IMG/VR virus record: IMGVR_UViG_3300037264_007944
Location: 1 to 61,161 of that record
Direction: 5' to 3' (one strand)
Source: a virus
Lineage: Duplodnaviria; Caudoviricetes
DNA length: 61,161 nt
Each line of letters begins with the position of its first letter. Position 1 is the first letter of the stretch. Shown in pieces: positions 53,371 through 61,161 of the stretch. The position numbers and the translations under genes were made by a program. The notes below the pieces were generated by a model. That model worked only from the letters and a program-made list of their open reading frames with translations, ran no database searches and was not told the DNA's origin.

Positions 53371-53677
53371 GGAGAAGACCGTGAACATGAAAGATCTCGT
53401 GAAGCAGGCGGCCGAGCTGAGCATCCCCGAAGACCAGAAGGTCGGCGCCCTCGCCGCATCCGCGATGGAAGCTGGCTTCTCCGACGTCATCCTCAAGGAG
53501 GCGGCGAAGCGCGGCTTCCAGATCGAGAAGACGGCGGCGGTCTCGAAGAAGATCGCCGGACGAGAGGTCACCTTCAGCAAGATGTCCTTCGAGGACCTCA
53601 TGTCCCACCTGACCTCGCAGTTCAGCGTGCCCGCCAAGCACGACGTCGACGGCGGGGTCGAGGTCCGCCCTACCTAA
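53363..53677 (+). CDS. small K-x-A-motif protein (start may be 53381 or 53387)
   Basis: VKQAA, LKEAA, EKTAA, KKIAG. Confidence 0.62.
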   Translation: MIKEKTVNMKDLVKQAAELSIPEDQKVGALAASAMEAGFSDVILKEAAKRGFQIEKTAAVSKKIAGREVTFSKMSFEDLMSHLTSQFSVPAKHDVDGGVEVRPT

Positions 53678-53816
53678 AGACGGCGCTCACCGGCAGCATC
53701 AAGTCGCTGATGAAGCCGCCAGCAGGGAACAGCGCCGTCTCTAATCTCATGGGCGTTTCAGCCATGTTCAAGGTCAGGCCGAAATCCGCGACGCCGACGT
53801 TCATCTCGAGGGCCAC

Positions 53817-54161
53817 ATGAGCCTGAGATTCCGCATGGACCCGCGCGAAGACATGTCGAACAGGACGGACTTCACGTACGACCTCATGCAGTCCTTGTCC
53901 AAGAAGGCCCAGGAGGCCGTTGACTCCGCGGACGAGCTCGTTGAGTTGAAGAGATCGGCCAGGGTCAACGTCAGGGTGCAAGGGACCCTGCATTCCATAT
54001 CCGTGGACATCACGATCTCGCCGCTCGGGGACGAGGAGCTTTCGCAGGAGCAGCTCACCTCCGCCAAGAGCGCCATAGCCGCCAAGGTCAACGCGACCAT
54101 CAAGTCGTCGATGGCCGACATGCTCCAGGAATCCATGACGAGCGCAAGGAAGAGGATGTAA
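53817..54161 (+). CDS. hypothetical neck/tail-completion region protein
   Basis: Coupled to the next gene by TAATG. Confidence 0.55.
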   Translation: MSLRFRMDPREDMSNRTDFTYDLMQSLSKKAQEAVDSADELVELKRSARVNVRVQGTLHSISVDITISPLGDEELSQEQLTSAKSAIAAKVNATIKSSMADMLQESMTSARKRM

Positions 54162-54781
54162 TGTCCGACGAACCGATCGTCATCGTCGACTCGTCCAGCA
54201 AGGACCCGATCGTCGACAACCTGATGACCGACGAGGTCAAGAATCACCTCCTGGAGTTCCTACGGTTCATCTTCTCGAACAGCGAGCGGTTCAAGTACAA
54301 CGACGACGAGCTGGCGTCGAAGATCTCCATCTCGGACGTCTTCCCGAAAAAAGAGGATTACGAGAAGAAGCCCGCCATCGTGGTCCGCCGCGAGAACCTC
54401 ATGACCACGAACCGCGGCATCGGGCACTTTGCCGGGTGGACGTACTCGAAGAATTTTGGGCGTCGCTTTACGGATCTCTTCCGGAGCCAGTGCGTGATCG
54501 AGTGCTATTCCAGGGAGGGGCTCGAGGCCGAGAAGCTGGGCAACATTGTCTTCCAGTCGTTCCTGTACTTCAGGAACAAGCTGCGCGAGGTCGGCCGCGT
54601 CCACGACATTCTGGTGGCGAACATCGGCCCGGAGATCCCGCAGAGGATTTCGAGCGAGATCACCCTGTCCATGGTCCCTGTCCAGCTCTCGTTCGAATTC
54701 ACGGAGTCCTGGGTCACCGAGGAGATCGGGAAGGACCTCTTCAACGGCCTCGAAGTGAGCATCCTGATCAAAGACCTATAA
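54161..54781 (+). CDS. tail terminator/completion protein
   Basis: KKPAIVVRR, IECYSREGLEAEKL; directly before the sheath gene. Confidence 0.65.
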   Translation: MSDEPIVIVDSSSKDPIVDNLMTDEVKNHLLEFLRFIFSNSERFKYNDDELASKISISDVFPKKEDYEKKPAIVVRRENLMTTNRGIGHFAGWTYSKNFGRRFTDLFRSQCVIECYSREGLEAEKLGNIVFQSFLYFRNKLREVGRVHDILVANIGPEIPQRISSEITLSMVPVQLSFEFTESWVTEEIGKDLFNGLEVSILIKDL

Positions 54782-54787
54782 GAATGG

Positions 54788-54815
54788 GAACGACTGTCCG
54801 GACCGGTGGTATACT
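54788..54815 (+). promoter_or_regulatory. putative phage late promoter GAACGAC-N15-TATACT
   Basis: Exact motif upstream of the sheath gene. Confidence 0.75.
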
Positions 54816-54863
54816 CAGTTCGATCCTGTAGCCGTTCGAGGGTTAAGAACCCAGGAAGGGCCA

Positions 54864-57212
54864 ATGGCTGATGCAATCATAACACTGCCCCGCGCTGGCA
54901 CGGTAGAGGTCATCCAGGAGTTCGCGGCGGCCGCCGCGGCCCCTGCCAGGCCAACTCTCGTCCCGTGCGTGATCGGCAGCTGCTTCCAGATCGCCGAGCA
55001 GAGGTTCGCCGGCTTCTATTTCGGCAGGTTCCTCATCGGCGACGAACTCGTTGGCGTCGGCACCGGGATCCAGCTCATCTTCAACCTCGTCAACGGTACA
55101 GTCCTGACGGCTACTGTGGAGCTCCACATAGCGACCATCGGCGGGACGCTGCTCGTCCAGGGCGTGGACTACAACGTCCAGTCGAGTGGGCAGATCACGT
55201 TGACGCCAGCCGGCGTTGCCGCCCTCGGCGTCCAGGCGCTACACGCCGCGTACTCCTACGCCCCGACCCAGCAATACGTCTACCCGGAACTCAAGCAGGG
55301 CGCCGAGGTCGAGAACCCAGGGGACGTCACCGTGTCCCTCAGAACCGTCGAGGACATCTTCGACATCACCAACGGGTTCGGCGTCATCATCAACGAGACC
55401 ACCGTGAACGTGCCGGGCGACGTCAGCCCCAGCCGCAACGTCTCCACCATCAACGGCCAGGTGGAGATCACCGCGGTCACCGGCGCCATCACGGACACCT
55501 CCATCGACTACTTCGCCATCGGCGTGCGCGCCGGCGACATTCTCAGGTTCATTTCGAATCCGGCCCTCCTCGAGAGGTCGAACTCCATCGTCGCGACGGA
55601 CGCCGCCGATCACGCGATCCTTTCGATCCCTAGCCTGAACCAGATCACGTTCTCTCCGACTGTGGCCCCGCAGGGCGGCAAGGTGGAGTACCAGATCGTC
55701 CGACCCGGGAGCCAGAACGGCGACATCCTGATCTCCTACAAGGCGCGCCGCATCGACAAGGTCGGCGTGTTCCTGGAGTACGAGTCCACCACCACGATGG
55801 ACGACGACATCGGCCCGATCGTCCCCGAGAACCCTCTCGCCTTCGGGCTGGCCAGGTGCCTCGGGTCGACCGACAAGGTCGTGTTCGCCATGATGGTGAG
55901 GGACCAGGACGACCTCGAGGATCACCAGAAGGCCCTTGAGCTCCTGGAGGGCGAGGAGATCTACCTCCTGGTGCCCCTGACGACGAATCAGGCGGTGCAC
56001 GGGATCTACCTGGCGCACTGCGACCAGATGTCCGCGCCGGATAACATGCACGAGCGTCGCGTGATCGTCACGCAGAAGGCGCGCACTCGCAAGACGTACC
56101 AGTCCGCGCTCTCGACCGGGGCCATGGGCGTCAGCTCGACCATCTTCACCGACTTCAACGCCCAGTTCCTCACGAACGGAGTCCCTGTCGGCTCCGTTAT
56201 CCGTCTGGCCTCCCCGGTATCGATCGAGCTGGCCGACGTCGCCAGGGCGGAGCTGATCGTCGCCAGTGTCATCTCAGAGACCCAGCTCAATATCGTCCAG
56301 GCCGTGACGCACGGGACGGACATCACTCTCGAGGACGTCGGCGTGGGCACGGGCGCCCAGCTCCTGTTCCAGCTCAACGCCACCCAGGACGTGATCCCGT
56401 CGAGCGTGCTCATGTTCCTGAACGGCGTCCAGGTGAGCGCGCTCGACCACTCCGTGACCCCGGCCGGCGGAGTCACCTTCATCGTCGCCCCCGGCCTCGG
56501 CATCGATATCACCGGCTCCTACGAGATCACGACAATCGCCGGAATCCAGTACACCGTCGAGAGCCAGGAACTCACGAACTTCGAGATCGCCCAGGACGTC
56601 GCCGCGGTCGGCAACGCCTACAAGAACCGCCGCATCACGGTGACGCACGCCGAGAAGGTGATCGCGGACGACGGGGCCGAGGTCGAGCCGTACTTCATGA
56701 ACTGCTCGATCGCCGGGCTTTCGGCCACGCTCGCTCCAAACCAGCCGATCGCCAACGTGCCTATTCCCGGATTCCTTGGGGTTAAGCACATCCGCAAGTT
56801 CAACGAGCAGCACTTCGGCCTGATGGCCGCATACGGGATCACGGTCTACATCCAGGATCGCGACACCTCGCCGGTCGTCATGAGGAACTGGATCACGACC
56901 GACACGCTCAACGTGAACACGCGCGAGTGCTCGATCGTCCAGATGGTCGACTACTACTCGAAGTTCCTCCGGACGAACGTGAAGTCGATCGCCGGCCGAT
57001 TCAACATCACCAAGAGCTTCATCGACAACATGCTTCGCCCGTCGATCAACGGGGTGAACCAGGAGATGCTCACCGCCGGATTCATCGGCCCGAGGAGCCA
57101 GATCGTCTCGATCGAGCAGTCGACCGTGAACAAGGACCAGATCTTTGTGCTCGAGGAGATCGAGTTCTTCGCGCCAGCGAACAGGATCACGATCACGGTC
57201 CGTGTCCTCTAA
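54864..57212 (+). CDS. contractile tail sheath protein
   Basis: VEVIQEF N-terminus, YLLVPLT, RECSIVQMVDY, FAPANRITITV C-terminus; two inserted VGVGTG.QL.F.L domains. Confidence 0.85.
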   Translation: MADAIITLPRAGTVEVIQEFAAAAAAPARPTLVPCVIGSCFQIAEQRFAGFYFGRFLIGDELVGVGTGIQLIFNLVNGTVLTATVELHIATIGGTLLVQGVDYNVQSSGQITLTPAGVAALGVQALHAAYSYAPTQQYVYPELKQGAEVENPGDVTVSLRTVEDIFDITNGFGVIINETTVNVPGDVSPSRNVSTINGQVEITAVTGAITDTSIDYFAIGVRAGDILRFISNPALLERSNSIVATDAADHAILSIPSLNQITFSPTVAPQGGKVEYQIVRPGSQNGDILISYKARRIDKVGVFLEYESTTTMDDDIGPIVPENPLAFGLARCLGSTDKVVFAMMVRDQDDLEDHQKALELLEGEEIYLLVPLTTNQAVHGIYLAHCDQMSAPDNMHERRVIVTQKARTRKTYQSALSTGAMGVSSTIFTDFNAQFLTNGVPVGSVIRLASPVSIELADVARAELIVASVISETQLNIVQAVTHGTDITLEDVGVGTGAQLLFQLNATQDVIPSSVLMFLNGVQVSALDHSVTPAGGVTFIVAPGLGIDITGSYEITTIAGIQYTVESQELTNFEIAQDVAAVGNAYKNRRITVTHAEKVIADDGAEVEPYFMNCSIAGLSATLAPNQPIANVPIPGFLGVKHIRKFNEQHFGLMAAYGITVYIQDRDTSPVVMRNWITTDTLNVNTRECSIVQMVDYYSKFLRTNVKSIAGRFNITKSFIDNMLRPSINGVNQEMLTAGFIGPRSQIVSIEQSTVNKDQIFVLEEIEFFAPANRITITVRVL

Positions 57213-57230
57213 GGAAGGCAGGAAAAAAGA

Positions 57231-57980
57231 ATGGGAGCCGACGGAGAAGGCATCAAGGGCCTGTCAAACTGGAACTTCCGGACGCAACACGTCCAGAGGG
57301 AGCTCGAGCCACAGGACTTCATCAACGCGTCGACGGTGCTCATCTGCGCCGGCCCGCCGCGCCTCGTCTCCCCGGGAGACCTGGACGGTGTCAGCAAGAC
57401 CGAGGCTTCCAGCGGCGGCGCTGGGGGTGCGTCGTACCTATTCCCGATCGGCATCGTCGAGAACATGACGATGGTGTCGAACCGGCAGCTTCAGATCCTC
57501 TTCGAGATCGGGTCCAAGCGCCAGTTCTACGTCCCCGGCCGCGTTGTTCCTCAGATCTCGCTGTCGCGCACCGTCTTCAACGGCCCGAACATCCTTCGGG
57601 CGCTGTATGCCTACTACCCGGCAGAGAATCTGCCGGGCCGCCAGGCGAACATCGTCCAGCCGTACAAGGGCGCCGGCAAGGAGCAGCAGCTCTGCGACGT
57701 TCTAGAGAACCCCGGCCACATCGATTTCTGGATCAACCTGAACTCGGACCTGTTCGACAGGCCGTTCGGCCTCCTGATTATCATGAAGGACCAGTGCGAC
57801 AACCCGTACGCGTCGTTCTACCTCGAGAACGCGTTCATCAACAACCATCAGCTCTCCGTCAACGCCAGCTCGACGCTGGTTGGCGAGGGTACCACGATTC
57901 AGTTCGAGCGAGTCGTTCCGGTGGACATCGGGGCCAAGCCGACGTTCCAGAAAACTGGCGCCCAAGCAGCGGCAGGGTAA
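57231..57980 (+). CDS. tail tube protein
   Basis: PIGIVEN, LFEIGSKRQFYVPG, FYLENAFI; follows the sheath gene. Confidence 0.8.
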   Translation: MGADGEGIKGLSNWNFRTQHVQRELEPQDFINASTVLICAGPPRLVSPGDLDGVSKTEASSGGAGGASYLFPIGIVENMTMVSNRQLQILFEIGSKRQFYVPGRVVPQISLSRTVFNGPNILRALYAYYPAENLPGRQANIVQPYKGAGKEQQLCDVLENPGHIDFWINLNSDLFDRPFGLLIIMKDQCDNPYASFYLENAFINNHQLSVNASSTLVGEGTTIQFERVVPVDIGAKPTFQKTGAQAAAG

Positions 57981-58012
57981 TCTTGTAATTTGAAAGGCAG
58001 GAGGAATTAGCC

Positions 58013-58663
58013 ATGCCCGAAGCATTCAGCAAGCTCGTGAACCGCACCTCGAACACGACCCCGATGGGGTCGGTCCGCAAGGTGGACGTGCGGAACCTGG
58101 CGAAGTACGGGGCACTCGGCATCATGACCGGGTTTCACGTCGCCGTGCAGACGGTGAACTCCGTGCTGCTCAACGTGTCCCGCGGCATCGCCGTGGGCCC
58201 CGGCGGCAAGGAAGTCCTGGTCGGCGCCGACCCGATGGCCAGCACGCAGGTCCAGGCGCAGGCCCTGTTCCTGGACGTCTCCCCGTTCGACGTCCGGGCC
58301 AACCTGACCGCCGCCATCTACAACGCCATCGATCCCGCGGCGCACTCGATCATGCTCACGCTGAACACCGTGACCGAGGTGATCAAGGCGCACAAGATCA
58401 CCGTGGCGGAAGCCGCGGCGATCACGAACGCGGACCTCGCCGGCTTCGACCTCTCCTTCGAGGCGGCAACCGCCGATCACGCGGCCCGCGGCCGGGTGAG
58501 CCAGAAGAACCCTGACACCCTGAACGCGGCGGCCCAGAACGTCGCCACCGAGTTCATCCTGGCGATCGCGGTGAAGAACGTCCTGGGCGCGCCCGGCGTG
58601 CTCAGCGCGGTCACCCTGCGTCGTGAGAAGTCCGCCTACACCGACTTCAACGCCCTGCCGTAA
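58013..58663 (+). CDS. tail-associated structural protein
   Basis: AGGAGG RBS; position in the tail operon. Confidence 0.6.
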   Translation: MPEAFSKLVNRTSNTTPMGSVRKVDVRNLAKYGALGIMTGFHVAVQTVNSVLLNVSRGIAVGPGGKEVLVGADPMASTQVQAQALFLDVSPFDVRANLTAAIYNAIDPAAHSIMLTLNTVTEVIKAHKITVAEAAAITNADLAGFDLSFEAATADHAARGRVSQKNPDTLNAAAQNVATEFILAIAVKNVLGAPGVLSAVTLRREKSAYTDFNALP

Positions 58664-58922
58664 GGCGGGTGAGAGCATCTTCGGGCCCGTTGAACCGGAG
58701 CCCTCGGAATGTGACCTCGTAGCACTTGATGTCTGAGTGGAAGGCGCAGTCCGAGGGCTCCCCGAGATGCTCGAACCTCTTGGCGAGGTACGCCGGGAAA
58801 TCTTTCTCCTTGCCGGGGTAGGGGAAGAACTGGAGGATGGACCCCTCGGGGGAGGGGATCACGAAGACTTCGAACAGGCCCTGGAGCTCGACATGTACCA
58901 GGAACTCCTTGGCGGGTTTCAT
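58647..58922 (-). CDS. small antisense hypothetical protein (91 aa)
   Basis: MKPAKEFLVHVELQGLF...; GC3-rich codons on the minus strand; fills a 310-bp gap. Confidence 0.55.
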   Translation of the reverse strand: MKPAKEFLVHVELQGLFEVFVIPSPEGSILQFFPYPGKEKDFPAYLAKRFEHLGEPSDCAFHSDIKCYEVTFRGLRFNGPEDALTRLTAGR

Positions 58923-58974
58923 GGGCTCCAGGTAAAACAAGAAAGAAAGAACAGTCAAGAAGAAAGGATGATCT

Positions 58975-59436
58975 ATGGCAGACCCCACGCCAGCAGCCCC
59001 CCAGGAAGCGGACAAAACCAAGCCGGACCCGCTGAAGTACACGATGAAGTTCGACCACGTCGGAGAGTTCACGGAGGCGGAGCTCTTCATCCGGAACCGC
59101 GTCGCCGGGAAGATCTGGCTCACCGAGAGGATGTCCGTCACCCTTCGCTCTCTCATTGGGCGAGAGGTGGACGCGATCCACGAGGCGATAAAGGTCGGCC
59201 CGGACATGACCTCCATGCACTACCAGACCGAGGTCACCTACCGGAACCTCGCCTACTCGCTCCAGAAGATCGGGGACGAGCCGTTCGTCGGCACGCTCGA
59301 GGAGAAGCTCGTCAAGATTCGCGATATGAGCGCCACCATCCTCCTGAAGCTGTCGCTCGCGTACGCGGAGTTCTCGGACCACGTCGCGGACCTGTTCGTC
59401 GGGAAGGAGGCTGGGGCACTCGCAAAAAAATCCTGA
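58975..59436 (+). CDS. tail assembly chaperone (gpG-like)
   Basis: Ends ...ALAKKS over an A7 run; lies before the tape measure gene. Confidence 0.72.
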   Translation: MADPTPAAPQEADKTKPDPLKYTMKFDHVGEFTEAELFIRNRVAGKIWLTERMSVTLRSLIGREVDAIHEAIKVGPDMTSMHYQTEVTYRNLAYSLQKIGDEPFVGTLEEKLVKIRDMSATILLKLSLAYAEFSDHVADLFVGKEAGALAKKS

Positions 59437-59783
59437 GGTCCCCGGAAGCCAACCTCAAGGCGAACCTGACCATTCTGGGGACCTGGCGCGACGACATCTC
59501 GAGCCTTGAGAAGGCCGTCCTGTACGAGAAGTACACGATGGATAGAATGGCCGGAGTGTACGGCGTCGCCGCGGCCGTGTTCGCCACGCAGGATCCGAAG
59601 AAGGCCGGCGAGTTTCTCACGAAGTACATGGGAGCCCTCTTCCCTGAGATCGAGAGCAGCAAGGAGCATGACGTGACGTCCAAGCTTGCCGAGCTGAGGG
59701 CATTCAGCCAGAAGACCGTGATGCTCGTTCCCAGTGCTCGCGGATTCTCTCTTCAGATCGAGGAAGGTAAGGGGAAGAAGTAA
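58975..59783 (+). CDS. tail assembly chaperone, -1 frameshift product (gpGT-like)
   Basis: Slippery A AAA AAA at 59424-59430; the -1 frame stays open to TAA 59783. Confidence 0.68.
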
Positions 59784-61161
59784 GTGGAAGAGACCTTCAA
59801 ATATCGCGTCGAACTGGACACCCAGGGCCTCTCAGGCCAGCTGGCCAGCGTCCGCGACTTCGTCTCCGGTGGGCTCAACCAGGCGGCCAGCGGAGTCATG
59901 GGCGGCCTCCAGGTCGCCACCGGCGCATTCAACAGGATGTCCTCCGACCTCATGCAGGGCCAGCAGATCATTTCCTCCGCGATCCCATCGCAGACGCTCG
60001 CGATGGCGCCGAACATGATGCAGTCGCCTATGATGAACGTCCCTGGAATGCCGCAGACGTTCATGCAGGAGGCCTTTGCGTCGGCGGGGCTCTCCAGGCC
60101 GCCGGTGGGCGTCTTTGGAGACCAGCACAAGGCCGTGGCTCGCTCCAGGCTCCAGGAGAGGGTTGGCGTCGGGATTAGCGAGGGCGCCACGACCCTTGCG
60201 TCGATGGCTACGTTTGGAGTGGCCGGCGGTTGGGCCGGCGCCACGGCCGGCGCAGCCATCGGCACTATGATAATGCCGGTTGTAGGGACGGCTATTGGCG
60301 GCGCTATCGGCGGCATTGTCGGCGCTATCGGCGGGGCCATCCTCGGCGACACCGTGCTCTCCCCGATCAACGATGGCATCCAGCGCCGAATGCAGGATCG
60401 CGCCCAGATCCAGTCGATCTTTGGATTCAACAAGTTCAACGACGACGAGCGCATGTCCCTCTCCCGCTTCATGGGGCAGTCCAGGGTGAAGTCGATCTTC
60501 TCCCCGGATGAGTTCAACTCTATCCTCCCGAACGCGGCCACCGCCGGCTTCTTCAAGGGCCTCAAGAAAGGCGACACCGCCGGGTTCGAGACCAGGTTCA
60601 ATCAAGCGGAGCGCACCTTCGCCGAGGACATGTACACGATGCAGGTCACCGGCCCCGAGGGGCTGGCTGAGGTGGCGGAAACTCACGCCCGGTTTGGCCG
60701 ATTGGGCATGACCGACAAGGCGGCGCTTGGCCGCCACTTCAGGAGCGCCAGGGTGGTGGCGCAAAACATGTCAGACCAGGGGGAGTTTGTCTCCGTCCGC
60801 GAAGTCGTTCAGCAGCAAGCCATGGCCGCCGAGTCGGCGATCCAGCAGGGCTTCGCTGGGCGTCACGGGGTCGAGTCGTTCTCGCGCCAGGCGGCCATGG
60901 TGTCCAACCTCCGCGCAAGCGGCAATCTCTCGGATGACGACTTCGCGCTTCTCGGAGGAGGAACCCAGGAGGTGGCCCAGAGGCTTTCGCAGACGCTCAT
61001 CAATACGCAGAGGTCGCCCGTGTTCCGGGCGGCCGCCATGGCCTTCGGGGAAGTCTCCGGCGGCGTCGTCGGGATCAACCGCGCCGCTATGGAGTCTGGC
61101 GGAACGAGCTTCTCCGCGATGACGTCCAGGCTCGCGCAGAACCTTGGGACCGGCCAGGACG
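59784..61161 (+). CDS. tape measure protein (5' part, runs off the window)
   Basis: MEETFKYRVELDTQG..., Ala/Gly/Gln/Met-rich helical sequence with a Gly-zipper; follows the chaperones. Confidence 0.75.
   Translation, partial: MEETFKYRVELDTQGLSGQLASVRDFVSGGLNQAASGVMGGLQVATGAFNRMSSDLMQGQQIISSAIPSQTLAMAPNMMQSPMMNVPGMPQTFMQEAFASAGLSRPPVGVFGDQHKAVARSRLQERVGVGISEGATTLASMATFGVAGGWAGATAGAAIGTMIMPVVGTAIGGAIGGIVGAIGGAILGDTVLSPINDGIQRRMQDRAQIQSIFGFNKFNDDERMSLSRFMGQSRVKSIFSPDEFNSILPNAATAGFFKGLKKGDTAGFETRFNQAERTFAEDMYTMQVTGPEGLAEVAETHARFGRLGMTDKAALGRHFRSARVVAQNMSDQGEFVSVREVVQQQAMAAESAIQQGFAGRHGVESFSRQAAMVSNLRASGNLSDDDFALLGGGTQEVAQRLSQTLINTQRSPVFRAAAMAFGEVSGGVVGINRAAMESGGTSFSAMTSRLAQNLGTGQD

Overview
GC-rich segment of a large tailed dsDNA phage with a contractile (myovirus-type) tail; almost all genes are on the + strand. 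In order: DUF2589-like gene, SNF2 helicase, a glycosylation cassette (DUF707, glf, several GT-A enzymes), a SET-domain gene, a ~640-bp regulatory gap with a candidate sRNA, an early/regulatory block (DUF4326, XRE, ssb, RHH), fibre/adhesin genes (three tandem Gly-rich paralogues), a mixed accessory block (nuclease, GNAT-DUF5661 fusion, holin-like, permuted papain-like amidase), a head module (prohead protease, scaffold-like proteins, decoration protein, major capsid protein), neck genes, sheath, tube, a frameshifted tail chaperone and the start of the tape measure gene. I did not recognise a portal, terminase, tRNA, CRISPR array or integrase. Main unexplained signals: (1) a K-x-A/S motif, often after an acidic/hydrophobic leader, recurs in about 20 proteins and brackets whole domains, suggesting a capsid-targeting and proteolytic maturation code that loads enzymes into the head; (2) a promoter-like motif GAACGAC/GAACAGC-N15-TAnnnT in 8-9 copies, mostly leaderless; (3) a 17-bp palindrome TGTTGCT-(CAC/GTG)-AGCAACA in four copies. 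All family calls come from reading motifs by eye; no searches were run.
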